This document shows, piece by piece, positions 8,805 to 19,055 of a DNA stretch of 64,000 nt. The notes under the pieces are model-generated. The model did not search any database, was not told the origin of the DNA, and worked only from the letters and a program-made list of their open reading frames with translations. The DNA comes from an uncultured Flavobacteriales bacterium (GTDB lineage Bacteria > Bacteroidota > Bacteroidia > Flavobacteriales_D > CAJJDF01). The stretch covers positions 2,458-66,457 of the forward strand of contig CALLII010000023.1 in the NCBI GenBank assembly GCA_938009745.1. The letters are read 5' to 3'. Within the stretch, counting starts at the first letter, position 1, and the number at the start of each line of letters is the position of its first letter. The position numbers were made by a program, and so were the translations under genes.

Positions 8805-10037
8805 TTATTTAAGCCCATACTCTTTAATTTTCCTGTAAAGAGTCCTTTCAGAAATCCCTAATTCCTTAGCCGCATATTTACGTTTTCCTCTGTGTTTGTC
8901 AAGCGCTTTTGCAATCATTTCTTTCTCTTTTTCTTCTAAAGATAGTATTTCCTCTACCTCTTCGTGTTCATGAATATTAGGTTGTTGGTACGAAATAGTT
9001 GGCCTTGCAGAGAATGATTCTTGGGGAGAGTAATTCTCACTCACATCTCTATTCATTTTATTAATAATAGCAATGTCATTTTCAGGAAAATCCCTATCCA
9101 CATTTCCACCATTCTGAACAATATCTACAATGATTTTTTTCAATTCGGTAATGTCTTTCTTCATGTCAAAAAGAACCTTATGTAAAATGTCTCTTTCGCT
9201 CATTCCTGAGTGCGATTGCCCATCATTTGGCAATAACATAGGTAAGTTGTTTTCATAAACAGAAGGTAAATAACCAGCCATTTTTTCGGCAGTTATTTCT
9301 CTTTTCTTTTCTATTACAGAGATTTGTTCTGTGATATTTTTTAGCTGTCTAATATTCCCTTTCCAAGCATAATTAACTAACATTTCCTTTGCTTCAGGAG
9401 TCAAGCTAATTGTAGGCATTCTATACTTTTCCGCAAAATCCGAAGCAAATTTTCTAAACAATAAATGAATGTCATCTCTTCTTTCTCTTAACGGAGCCAA
9501 TTTAATTGGAACCGTACTTAATCTGTAGTACAAATCCTCTCTAAAATTCCCTTTTTGTATTGCCTCTTCCAATTTAGTATTGGTTGCAGCAATTACTCTC
9601 ACATTAGTTTTTTGAACTTTAGAAGAACCAACTTTGAAAAATTCTCCTGACTCCAAAACTCTCAATAATCGTGCTTGAGTAGAAAGCGGTAATTCCCCTA
9701 ATTCATCCAAAAATATAGTTCCGCCATCTGCTTCTTCAAAATATCCTTTTCTTTTATCATGGGCTCCAGTAAACGAACCTTTTTCATGTCCAAATAACTC
9801 AGAATCAATAGTTCCTTCGGGGATTGCACCACAGTTAACTGCAATGTATTGAGCGTGTTTTCTTTTACTGTATTGGTGAATTACTTGCGGCATTATCTCT
9901 TTTCCTGTTCCGCTTTCACCCATTATTAATACAGAAATATCCGTAGGTGCAACTTGTACAGCCACTTCCAAAGCTCTGTTAAGTGCCAATGAATTTCCTA
10001 TAATTCCAAATCTCTGTTTTACCGATTGTAATTCCAT
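8805..10037 (-). CDS. Sigma-54-interacting AAA+ transcriptional regulator with Fis-type HTH and no N-terminal sensor
   Basis: GESGTGKE Walker A, ELFGHEKGSFTGA, FLDELGEL, FREDLYYRL, WKGNIRQL, HTH AAKELGISERTLYRK. Confidence 0.92.
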   Translation of the reverse strand: MELQSVKQRFGIIGNSLALNRALEVAVQVAPTDISVLIMGESGTGKEIMPQVIHQYSKRKHAQYIAVNCGAIPEGTIDSELFGHEKGSFTGAHDKRKGYFEEADGGTIFLDELGELPLSTQARLLRVLESGEFFKVGSSKVQKTNVRVIAATNTKLEEAIQKGNFREDLYYRLSTVPIKLAPLRERRDDIHLLFRKFASDFAEKYRMPTISLTPEAKEMLVNYAWKGNIRQLKNITEQISVIEKKREITAEKMAGYLPSVYENNLPMLLPNDGQSHSGMSERDILHKVLFDMKKDITELKKIIVDIVQNGGNVDRDFPENDIAIINKMNRDVSENYSPQESFSARPTISYQQPNIHEHEEVEEILSLEEKEKEMIAKALDKHRGKRKYAAKELGISERTLYRKIKEYGLK

Positions 10038-11464
10038 TATTTTACTAATTCTGCTTTTAATGTTGCCTTGCTGCAGCTAACAATTTTTACATTTACGTAA
10101 TCTCCAATTTTATAATCTCCCTTAGGGAAAATAATAGAGGAGCTCTGCGAATTTCTTCCCATATATTCATCCTCCGATTTTTTAGAAACTTTCTCTACCA
10201 ACACCTCAAACATTTTTCCAATTTGATTCTGATAATATTCCAATTGATTGGCGTGTTGTATATCAATTATTTCTGTTAATCTCCTTTGTTTGATTTCCTC
10301 AGACACATCATCTTCATACTTTCTTTCAGCCAGTGTTTTTGGTCTTTCCGAGTATTTGTACATAAATGCAGCCGAAAATTTCACTTCTTTTATCAAGCTC
10401 AAAGTATCTTGATGTTGCTCTTCCGTTTCACCACAAAATCCTGTAATTATATCTGTAGATATTGTAGCATTTGGTAATATTCTATGAATAGCTGCAATTC
10501 GATTTAAGTACCATTCTCTAGTATAGCCTCTATTCATTTTCTTTAAGATATCACTATTTCCAGATTGTACAGGCAAGTGAACATAATCACAAAGATTATC
10601 ATATTTTGCAATTACTTCTAGCACTTCATCCCCCATGTCTTTTGGGTGAGAAGTAGAAAAACGAACTCTTAATAATGGATTAACTTGCCCTACCATTTCC
10701 ATTAATTGAGCAAAGTTTGTTGTAGGAATAGTTTCGTCTTTAATTTCTCCTTTAGATGACATATTCCATCTATAACTATCCACATTTTGTCCTAATAGTG
10801 TTACTTCTCGGTACCCTCTTTCGAATAAATCTCTTGCTTCAGCAACTATAGTAAGTGGGTTTCTACTTCTTTCTCTTCCTCTTGTAAAAGGAACTACACA
10901 AAACGAACACATATTATCACAGCCTCTTGTTATTGATATGAAAGCAGTAACTCCAGTTTGATCCAATCTTACTGGTGAAATGTCTGCATAGGTTTCTTCT
11001 CTTGAGAGTAAAACATTTACCGATTTTTGTCCGCCTTCAGTTTTGTGCAATAAACTGGGTAAATCACGATATGCATCTGGTCCTACTACTAAATCCACTA
11101 ATTTTTCTTCTTCTAATAATGCGCTTTTTAATCTTTCTGCCATACATCCCAAAACCCCAACCATAAGTCCAGGTTTTGCCTTTTTCATTTTTTTGAAAGT
11201 AGTCAACCTTTTTCTTACCGTTTGTTCTGCCTTGTCTCTTATCGAACAAGTGTTCAAAAGAATCAAATCCGATTCTTCAATGTTACGCGTAGTTGTGTAA
11301 CCATTTTTCTCTAAAATGGAGGCAACTACCTCACTATCAGAAAAATTCATGGCGCACCCATAACTTTCTAAATATAGTTTTTTGCTATTTTCATCAGAAT
11401 TAGAATCTAAAATTAAGGCTTCACCTTGTTTCGATTCATCTATGGTTTTATCAATGAGTTCCAT
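10037..11464 (-). CDS. miaB: tRNA-2-methylthio-N6-dimethylallyladenosine synthase
   Basis: SYGCAMN, LNTCSIR, GCMAER, radical [20 protein letters not shown]-terminal TRAM domain. Confidence 0.97.
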   Translation of the reverse strand: MELIDKTIDESKQGEALILDSNSDENSKKLYLESYGCAMNFSDSEVVASILEKNGYTTTRNIEESDLILLNTCSIRDKAEQTVRKRLTTFKKMKKAKPGLMVGVLGCMAERLKSALLEEEKLVDLVVGPDAYRDLPSLLHKTEGGQKSVNVLLSREETYADISPVRLDQTGVTAFISITRGCDNMCSFCVVPFTRGRERSRNPLTIVAEARDLFERGYREVTLLGQNVDSYRWNMSSKGEIKDETIPTTNFAQLMEMVGQVNPLLRVRFSTSHPKDMGDEVLEVIAKYDNLCDYVHLPVQSGNSDILKKMNRGYTREWYLNRIAAIHRILPNATISTDIITGFCGETEEQHQDTLSLIKEVKFSAAFMYKYSERPKTLAERKYEDDVSEEIKQRRLTEIIDIQHANQLEYYQNQIGKMFEVLVEKVSKKSEDEYMGRNSQSSSIIFPKGDYKIGDYVNVKIVSCSKATLKAELVK

Positions 11465-11490
11465 CTACACTTTTTAAGTCAATTATTATG

Positions 11491-11498
11491 CAAATATA
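11491..11498 (-). promoter_or_regulatory. -7 promoter element for miaB
   Basis: TATATTTG(CA) on the minus strand, 26 nt upstream of the miaB ATG. Confidence 0.65.
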
Positions 11499-11604
11499 CA
11501 AAATACTGACAAAATAGCAGTCTTTTTTAAAGTTGAATAGTAGACTGGTTTCATTGATTTTTAGATACTAAAATGGTTGTTAAATCACCTCAAAAAAAAA
11601 TTCT

Positions 11605-11637
11605 TTTGGATTTGTAAATAAAAAGTCCTTAATTTTG
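11605..11637 (+). promoter_or_regulatory. -33/-7 promoter for topA
   Basis: TTTG (11605-11608), 21 nt spacer, TAATTTTG (11630-11637). Confidence 0.6.
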
Positions 11638-11720
11638 TCCCGCTTAAAACCTCCATATTTTCAGCATTTTCAGTTCACATTTCTTAATCATTATATTAAG
11701 GAATAAAACAAAAATTATAT

Positions 11721-14261
11721 ATGTCAAAGAATCTAGTAATAGTTGAGTCACCTGCTAAAGCCAAAACAATCGAAGGATATTTGGGGAAAGGATTTACAGT
11801 AAAATCTAGCTTCGGTCATGTGAGAGATATTCCAAGAAAAGGAATGGGAATTGACATAGATAATAACTTTACTCCAAACTACGAAGTGTCTGAAGACAAA
11901 CAAAAAGTAGTAGCAGAACTAAAAAAATTGACGAAGGCAGCTGATATTGTTTGGCTGGCGACTGATGAGGATCGAGAAGGAGAAGCCATTTCTTGGCACT
12001 TATACGAAACTTTAGAGTTAGATAACAAAGAAACAAAGCGAATTACTTTTAACGAGATTACTAAAACTGCGGTACAAAACGCAATTGAAAACCCTCGTAA
12101 AATAAATATCAATTTAGTTAATGCTCAACAAGCAAGAAGAGTATTAGATAGATTGGTAGGTTTTGAATTATCGCCAGTACTTTGGAAAAAAATTAAACCC
12201 TCACTTTCTGCAGGTAGAGTTCAATCGGTAACGGTTAGGTTAATTGTTGAAAGAGAAAGAGAAATAAGAGAATTTAGTACTTCTGCAGCTTTTAAAGTGA
12301 AAGCAGAATTTATGTTGGATGGGACAGTAATAAAATCTGATTTAGGAAAAACATTTAAAACGGAAGAGGAAACATTAAACTTCCTTAACCAATGTGCTGA
12401 GTCTAATTTTGAGATTAACAACATTGAGAAAAAACCAGCAAAGAAATCTCCAGCACCACCTTTTACAACTTCTACACTTCAACAAGAGGCAAGTAGAAAG
12501 TTAGGATATTCGGTAAGCAGAACAATGAGTGTGGCTCAAAAATTATATGAAGCTGGGCGAATTACTTACATGAGAACGGATTCAATCAATCTTTCTCAAA
12601 CTGCAAGAAATGGGGCAGAAGCTGAAATTAAAAAAGCTTATGGGAATGATTTTTCTCATCCAAGAGTATTTAAAACTAAAACAAAAGGAGCACAAGAAGC
12701 TCACGAAGCAATTCGCCCGTCAAGCTTTGCAGTGCACTCTGCAGGTACAGATAGTAGCGAAAACAGGTTGTATGATTTAATTTGGAAAAGAGCAATTGCC
12801 TCACAAATGAGTGAAGCCAAATTAGAGAAAACAACAGTTAAAATTTCTGGAAGTAAAATTCAAGAATTATTCACAGCTAGAGGAGAGATCATCTTGTTCG
12901 AAGGGTTTCTGAAAGTTTATCTTGAAGGAAAAGATGACGAAAACCAAGATGGTGAATCTGACAATGAAGGAATTTTTCCTCCAATGAAAAAAGGAGATGC
13001 TCTTTCTGTTCAAATGATTGAGGCAACTGAGAGATATACGCGTCCACCAGCAAGATTTACGGAAGCATCTTTAGTAAAAAAACTAGAAGAACTTGGTATT
13101 GGAAGACCATCAACATATGCTCCAACTATTACTACGGTTCAAAAAAGAGGGTATGTTTCTAAAGATGAAATTGATTACAAAACAAGAAATTACACTCAGT
13201 TAACCTTAGCTAAAGGAAATATTGACACTAAGTATCTAAAAGAAAATTACGGAGGAGATAAAAACAAATTATCCCCAACAGATATTGGTACAGTTGTAAA
13301 CGACTTTTTGGTGGCAAATTTTGATGGAGTATTGGATTATAACTTTACTGCTTCCGTAGAAAAAGAATTTGATGACATTGCTGAAGGTTTGATGAATTGG
13401 ACAGAAATGATTAAGAAATTCTACAGTCCGTTTCACGCAAAAGTAGAAAATACACTTGAACACGGAGAGAGACAATCTGGAGAAAGAGTGTTAGGAGAAA
13501 CTGAAAAAGGAGAAGATATTTTGGTAAGAATTGGACGATATGGTCCAATGGCACAAATTGGAAGAACTTCTGAAAATGAAGAAGATCCAAAACCAAGATT
13601 TTCCTCATTAATGAAAAACCAGAGTTTGGAGACTATTACTTTGGAAGAAGTAATGGATTTATTTAAACTACCAAAAGATTTAGGAATCCACGAAAGTCAT
13701 GAGGTTATCGTTTCTAACGGAAGATTTGGGCCTTACATCAAATATGACGAAATGTTTGTTTCTATTCCAAAAGGGGAGGAGCCTTTGGATGTAGATTTAC
13801 CAAGAGCAATTGAATTAATTAAAGCAAAGCAAGAAGCTGACGCTCCAATATATGAATACGAAGGATTACCAGTGCAAAAAGGAGCTGGAAGATTTGGACC
13901 ATTTATCAAATGGAACGACATGTTCATTAACGTAAATAAAAAATACGACCACGATAACTTATCTGATGAAGATATTGTTGAATTAATTGAGGTCAAGAAA
14001 CAGAAAGAAATCGATAAAGTAATCCACAATTGGGAGGAAGAAGGAATTAGAGTTGAAAAAGCTAGATGGGGGAGATTTAATATCCTAAAAGGGAAAACAA
14101 AAATTGAGTTGCCTAAAACGACTAAAGCAGATAAATTAACTTTGGAACAAGTACAAGCAATGATTGAAAAGGCTAAGCCTACTAAGAAAAAAGCTGCTAA
14201 AAAGAAGCCGGCTGCAAAGAAAAAGCCTGCGGCTAAAAAGAAAGCAGTTAAGAAAAAGTAA
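11721..14261 (+). CDS. topA: DNA topoisomerase I
   Basis: LVIVESPAKAKTI, ATDEDREGEAI TOPRIM, SAGRVQS, catalytic ITYMRTDS, Toprim_C repeats (GRYGP/GRFGP), Lys/Ala-rich tail. Confidence 0.98.
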   Translation: MSKNLVIVESPAKAKTIEGYLGKGFTVKSSFGHVRDIPRKGMGIDIDNNFTPNYEVSEDKQKVVAELKKLTKAADIVWLATDEDREGEAISWHLYETLELDNKETKRITFNEITKTAVQNAIENPRKININLVNAQQARRVLDRLVGFELSPVLWKKIKPSLSAGRVQSVTVRLIVEREREIREFSTSAAFKVKAEFMLDGTVIKSDLGKTFKTEEETLNFLNQCAESNFEINNIEKKPAKKSPAPPFTTSTLQQEASRKLGYSVSRTMSVAQKLYEAGRITYMRTDSINLSQTARNGAEAEIKKAYGNDFSHPRVFKTKTKGAQEAHEAIRPSSFAVHSAGTDSSENRLYDLIWKRAIASQMSEAKLEKTTVKISGSKIQELFTARGEIILFEGFLKVYLEGKDDENQDGESDNEGIFPPMKKGDALSVQMIEATERYTRPPARFTEASLVKKLEELGIGRPSTYAPTITTVQKRGYVSKDEIDYKTRNYTQLTLAKGNIDTKYLKENYGGDKNKLSPTDIGTVVNDFLVANFDGVLDYNFTASVEKEFDDIAEGLMNWTEMIKKFYSPFHAKVENTLEHGERQSGERVLGETEKGEDILVRIGRYGPMAQIGRTSENEEDPKPRFSSLMKNQSLETITLEEVMDLFKLPKDLGIHESHEVIVSNGRFGPYIKYDEMFVSIPKGEEPLDVDLPRAIELIKAKQEADAPIYEYEGLPVQKGAGRFGPFIKWNDMFINVNKKYDHDNLSDEDIVELIEVKKQKEIDKVIHNWEEEGIRVEKARWGRFNILKGKTKIELPKTTKADKLTLEQVQAMIEKAKPTKKKAAKKKPAAKKKPAAKKKAVKKK
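14178..14258 (+). repeat. Imperfect 18-nt tandem repeat encoding AAKKKP units in the TopA tail
   Basis: gctgctaaaaagaagccg / gctgcaaagaaaaagcct / gcggctaaaaagaaagca, translating to KKKAAKKKPAAKKKPAAKKKAVKKK. Confidence 0.85.
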
Positions 14262-14276
14262 ACTTTTCAATTAATT

Positions 14277-15437
14277 ATGGATTTTTCAATTTTTTTAACT
14301 CCAGTATCTCAGGAGCAAATCAAAATTTATTCAGCAACTGGCAATTCGCTTGGTTCAAAAGTAAATTTTCATGATGGCTCTTCAATTAGCGAAGAATATG
14401 AATTGGCAATACTTGGTGTTAAGGAATCAAGAGGTTCTCAATTATCATCAGTTAAAGAGAGTCCTGATTATGTAAGAGAGCAATTGTATAAGCTTTATCC
14501 TTCAAATCAATCTAAAATAATTGATTTAGGGAACATTAAACAAGGGGAAGTTCTACAAGATACTCTATTTGCTTTAGTAGAAACATTACAAGAGTTAGTA
14601 AAGAAAAAAATTATCCCAATAATAATTGGAGGGAGTCAAGAACTGACTTTAGCCATGTATAAGTCCTTTGAAAAGTTAGAGCAGATAGTTAATTTAACAA
14701 CTATTGATAGAAAAATTGATTTTCAGCAAATCAATGAAACCACTAATGATTCATACCTTAAGGATATAATTTTATCTAAACCTAATTTTTTATTTAATTA
14801 TTCAAATTTAGGAAGCCAATCTTATTATCTCGATCCTGAAAATAATAAAATGATGGAGAAATTATATTTTGATAACACTCGATTGGGAGAGTTACAGCAA
14901 GATATATCTATTGCCGAACCAGTTATTCGTAATTCAACAATTATAAGTTTTGATTTAAATAGTATCCGTCAAAGCGAAGTGCCCGGGACTAGTTTCGCCT
15001 CACCAAATGGTTTTTTTGGAAATGAAGCTTGTCAACTATCAAGATATGCGGGGATGAGTGATAAAGTTGGGATGATAGGTTTTTACGAAATGACACCAGA
15101 ATTTGATGTTCAAGGGCAAACTGCTCAACTTGTTTCTCAAATGATATGGTTTTTTATTGCTGGATTTGATCTCAGAAAAAATGAAACTCCATTAACAAAT
15201 AATAAAAACTACACTAAATTTAAAGTTGTTTTATCTAATTCGGAAGAAGAGTTGGTTTTTATAAAAAGCAAAAAATCAGAAAGATGGTGGATGAAAATAC
15301 CTTATCCTCCCTCTAAAAAAATTAAATTTGAAAGACATCATTTAGTGCCATGTTCCTACTCAGATTACGAAACAGCTCTCCGTGATGAAATGCCGAATTT
15401 GTGGCTGAATACCTACAATAAAATTAATATTCAATAA
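14277..15437 (+). CDS. Arginase/formimidoylglutamase (ureohydrolase)-fold protein with degenerate metal sites
   Basis: 'IIDLGNI', 'IIIGGSQELT', 'SPNGFFGNEACQLSRYAG', 'GFYE...D..GQTAQL..QMIWFF'. Confidence 0.8.
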   Translation: MDFSIFLTPVSQEQIKIYSATGNSLGSKVNFHDGSSISEEYELAILGVKESRGSQLSSVKESPDYVREQLYKLYPSNQSKIIDLGNIKQGEVLQDTLFALVETLQELVKKKIIPIIIGGSQELTLAMYKSFEKLEQIVNLTTIDRKIDFQQINETTNDSYLKDIILSKPNFLFNYSNLGSQSYYLDPENNKMMEKLYFDNTRLGELQQDISIAEPVIRNSTIISFDLNSIRQSEVPGTSFASPNGFFGNEACQLSRYAGMSDKVGMIGFYEMTPEFDVQGQTAQLVSQMIWFFIAGFDLRKNETPLTNNKNYTKFKVVLSNSEEELVFIKSKKSERWWMKIPYPPSKKIKFERHHLVPCSYSDYETALRDEMPNLWLNTYNKINIQ

Positions 15438-15564
15438 TTTCATCCTCTTCAATTTGGTAAAATATTTAAAATGAGATTAAATATTTAACATCTTATTCCT
15501 AAAAAAAATTTTCTGTATCCATTTTTTTAGTTATTTTAGCTGTTCATACATTAATGAAATTCTT

Positions 15565-16518
15565 ATGAAAAAAGTTGTACTAATTGCCTTTGCCATATGT
15601 TTAACCTTTGCTGCTAAAGCACAACAGGATATACAAATGACCCATTTTATGTTCGATAAAATGTCATTTAATCCTGGAGCTATTGGCTCTAAAGATGCGT
15701 GGTGCCTAACCGCCATTAATAGAAGGCAATGGACTGGGTTTGATGCTGGAGAGCCTACCACAACTCTAATTAATTTTTCTACACCTAACCTTCCAATAAT
15801 AAAAGGTGCCCTTGGATTTACATTCTATAACGACCAAATTGGATGGGAAACTAATAATGTTATTAGATTAGGATACTCACTTAAGTTCAGTGAATTAGGA
15901 TTGAATATTGGTCCTGGTGAACTATCTCTAGGTCTTTCTGCAGGTTATAATACAAAAAGAATAAACGCAGCATGGGTTACTCCAAGTGGAATTCCTCCTG
16001 GAACTGTTGCAGGAACTGATAATACAATTCCAACCTCTACTGTGAATGATGGAAACTTAAGTTTTAATGCAGGTTTATATTATGCTACTCCAATGTGGTA
16101 TGCAGGAATCTCTACTACTAATATGACTGAGTCGGAATTACAAACACTTAAAGTTCTAGGAAGAAGACATTTCTACGGTATAGCAGGTGCAGATTTACCA
16201 TTAGGATTTGCTGATTTACAATTAAGACCAAACGTTTTAATTAAATCTGACGGAACTAAAACACAATATGATTTAAATGTAAACGTTTTAGCCTTTGATA
16301 TTGTTTGGGCCGGAGTAACTTACAGACACAATGATGCCATTGCCCCAATGGCTGGATTGCAGTACAAAGGAATACAAGTAGGTTATTCTTATGGTTTAGG
16401 AACATCTTTTTTAAGTAATTATTTTACAAACGGTAACCACGAGATAATGGTTAATTATTGCTTTAGAATTGTTCCAATTCCGAGATACGAAAGAGAGGTT
16501 CATCCATATTTATTATAA
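15565..16518 (+). CDS. porP: T9SS outer membrane protein, PorP/SprF family
   Basis: Signal peptide, QQDIQMTHFMF...FNPGAIG, RRQWTGF, GYSY, HEIMVNY; directly upstream of gldK. Confidence 0.88.
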   Translation: MKKVVLIAFAICLTFAAKAQQDIQMTHFMFDKMSFNPGAIGSKDAWCLTAINRRQWTGFDAGEPTTTLINFSTPNLPIIKGALGFTFYNDQIGWETNNVIRLGYSLKFSELGLNIGPGELSLGLSAGYNTKRINAAWVTPSGIPPGTVAGTDNTIPTSTVNDGNLSFNAGLYYATPMWYAGISTTNMTESELQTLKVLGRRHFYGIAGADLPLGFADLQLRPNVLIKSDGTKTQYDLNVNVLAFDIVWAGVTYRHNDAIAPMAGLQYKGIQVGYSYGLGTSFLSNYFTNGNHEIMVNYCFRIVPIPRYEREVHPYLL

Positions 16519-16616
16519 TTTTTTGAAACAAAATTAAAAAACTAGCGTAATAAGGATAGAATTTAGAGTTATTAACAATATATTTGTTGATAAATCTGAT
16601 GTAAAAAAGAAGAGAT

Positions 16617-18095
16617 ATGAAAAGAGTAACAATGATGATAGGGTTCGCTGTCTTGGTGTTTTCAAGCTGTCAAACAGGAAATGGAGAGTTGATTGGAGCA
16701 CAAAATCGACCAGAGTGGTATGGGTATGATCCATTGGATATGCAATATATTCCAGCCGGAAGTTATACTATGGGTCAAAGTGATCAAGATGTTCCTTTTA
16801 CACACCAAAATAAAACAAGAACAATTACAATGTCTGCGTTTTACATGGATCACACTGAAATAACAAATAACGAGTACCGTCAGTTTGTTTATTGGGTAAG
16901 GGATTCTATCGCCATGAGATATTTAGCTGAAGAGTATCCTGAAGAGTTTTTGCTTCCAACTGTTGATGATGAATTAGAAGACAAGGATGAAGAAGATTGG
17001 AACTTGGATTGGGATGTTGAAATTGATTGGGAAGATGAAGATTATTTTCCAATATTAGTTTCAGAAATGGTGCTGCCAGAAAATCAAAGAATTTATGGTT
17101 TCAGAGAAATTGATGTTAGGAAACTAACGTTCGATTATTACTGGATAGATTTTAAAGAAGCAGCTAAAAAAGGAAGGCCTGTTGTAAAGCCAATATCAAA
17201 TGTTGCCTATGAAGATAGAGAAGAGCATAGACTTAAGATGAAAGACGAAGGTTTTGATTTTCCAATAGATCAATATGATGAAGAAATTCAAAGAGGTAAA
17301 GATTTAGATTTAGGTTACAGAAACAGTAAGGGTCAAAACAATGCAGTAAGAGGGCATTCAGATCGTTCTAGATTTGTAATTCACGAACAAATCAATGTTT
17401 ATCCAGACACTTTAGTTTGGGTTCATGATTTTTCATATTCATACAATGAGCCATATGCAAGACAATATTTTTCTAGTCCTGCTTATGATGATTATCCAGT
17501 AGTAGGTATTACATGGACTCAAGCAAAAGCTTTTTCTGTATGGAGAACTAACTTGTTAAACGGATTTAGATTATCTACTGGTGATGTAATTATTGATGAT
17601 ATGAGATTACCTTCAGAAGCTGAATGGGAATATGCAGCAAGAGGAGGTTTAAATCAAAGTCCATACCCATGGGGAGGACCTTACATCAGAAACTCTAAAG
17701 GTTGTTTCTTAGGGAACTTCAAGCCTATGAGAGGAAGATACATGGAAGATGGTGGAACTTACACAGTAAAAGCTACTTCTTATCATCCAAATGATTACGG
17801 ATTATATTGTATGGCTGGAAATGTTGCAGAGTGGACTAACACTGCTTATGACGAGTCAATGTATGAGTTTTCTCATGATTTAAATCCTGAATACACATAT
17901 AATGCTCTAGATCACGACCCAATTTCTATGAAAAGAAAAGTGATTAGAGGAGGATCTTGGAAAGATATTGGATATTACCTTCAAACAGGTTCTAGAACTT
18001 ATGAATACCAAGATACTGCTAAAAGTTACATTGGATTCAGATGTGTTACTAGTTACTTAGGAAGAGGAGGTAATGAAAGAAACGAAGGTCTATAA
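16617..18095 (+). CDS. gldK: Gliding motility/T9SS lipoprotein GldK (PorK)
   Basis: Lipobox FSSC, GELIG, EITNNEYRQFVYWVRDS, VYPDTLVW, YPVVGITWTQA, RLPSEAEWEYAARGG, MAGNVAEW (FGE-sulfatase-like fold). Confidence 0.95.
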   Translation: MKRVTMMIGFAVLVFSSCQTGNGELIGAQNRPEWYGYDPLDMQYIPAGSYTMGQSDQDVPFTHQNKTRTITMSAFYMDHTEITNNEYRQFVYWVRDSIAMRYLAEEYPEEFLLPTVDDELEDKDEEDWNLDWDVEIDWEDEDYFPILVSEMVLPENQRIYGFREIDVRKLTFDYYWIDFKEAAKKGRPVVKPISNVAYEDREEHRLKMKDEGFDFPIDQYDEEIQRGKDLDLGYRNSKGQNNAVRGHSDRSRFVIHEQINVYPDTLVWVHDFSYSYNEPYARQYFSSPAYDDYPVVGITWTQAKAFSVWRTNLLNGFRLSTGDVIIDDMRLPSEAEWEYAARGGLNQSPYPWGGPYIRNSKGCFLGNFKPMRGRYMEDGGTYTVKATSYHPNDYGLYCMAGNVAEWTNTAYDESMYEFSHDLNPEYTYNALDHDPISMKRKVIRGGSWKDIGYYLQTGSRTYEYQDTAKSYIGFRCVTSYLGRGGNERNEGL

Positions 18096-18189
18096 TAAAC
18101 AATCAAATTTTAACGAAAAAAACTAATATTGAATAAGATATTCAATAGCATAATAAATAAACAAAAACCAAAAAAAAAGAAAAAAGTCT

Positions 18190-19005
18190 ATGAAGCCAGG
18201 AACTAAAGCATGGAAAAATTTTATGTCGAAACTATACGGAATAGGAGCGGCAGTTGTAATTGTTGGAGCACTATTTAAAATTCAACACTGGCCAGGAGCT
18301 AGTTTAATGCTTACTGTTGGTCTTGGTACCGAGGCAGTAATATTTTTATTCTCAGCATTTGAGCCAATCCATGAAGAATATGATTGGACTTTAGTTTACC
18401 CTGAATTAGCATTAGGACACGATTCTGATGATGATGAAATCACTTCTTTAACTACCTCTAGAGGTAATAATGGAATGGGAGTCTCTCAGCAATTAGATGG
18501 AATGTTAGAAGAAGCTAAAATAGATGGAGCATTAATTGAAAGTTTAGGTGACGGAATGAGAAATCTTTCTGAAACGGCTAATAAAATTAGTACTATGTCT
18601 GATGCTACTGCTGTTTCTGCAGACTATACTAATAGTTTGAAAAATGCTGCCAGCAAAGTAGATGGTTTAGCTGAATCTTATACTAAAGCAAGTGAATCAT
18701 TAATGGGATTAACTGATGCTACTGGTGCAGGACAATCATTTGGTGAAGAAATGCAAAAAGTTGCAGGAAACTTAACTGCTTTGAACAAAGTATACGAAAT
18801 GCAATTAGAAGGAGCTTCAGAATCTTTAGAAAACTCTAAGAAAATTCAAGGAGGAATTAGTGAAATGATGGGAACTCTTGCAGACTCTGTAGAAGATACT
18901 AAGAACTACAAATCTAATATTGCTGAGTTAAGTAAAAACTTACAGAAACTAAACCAAGTATATGGAAATATGCTTAATGCCATGAATATTAACACGAATA
19001 GTTAA
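18190..19005 (+). CDS. gldL: Gliding motility/T9SS motor subunit GldL (PorL)
   Basis: YGIGAAVVIVGALFKIQHW, GLGTEAVIF, ends LNQVYGNMLNAM. Confidence 0.97.
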   Translation: MKPGTKAWKNFMSKLYGIGAAVVIVGALFKIQHWPGASLMLTVGLGTEAVIFLFSAFEPIHEEYDWTLVYPELALGHDSDDDEITSLTTSRGNNGMGVSQQLDGMLEEAKIDGALIESLGDGMRNLSETANKISTMSDATAVSADYTNSLKNAASKVDGLAESYTKASESLMGLTDATGAGQSFGEEMQKVAGNLTALNKVYEMQLEGASESLENSKKIQGGISEMMGTLADSVEDTKNYKSNIAELSKNLQKLNQVYGNMLNAMNINTNS

Positions 19006-19055
19006 TACGATTCTTAAATTTAAACTATTACTAACTTTTAAAACTATAATTTAAA

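Noticed and set aside
14178-14258. TopA AAKKKP tail as a novelty
   Set aside because: Lys/Ala-rich TopA tails are already described in several bacterial groups; kept as a feature only.
18127-18147. TATTGAAT-aagat-ATTCAATA inverted repeat between gldK and gldL
   Set aside because: The 8-bp stem is nearly all A/T with no U-tract; too weak to call a terminator or operator.
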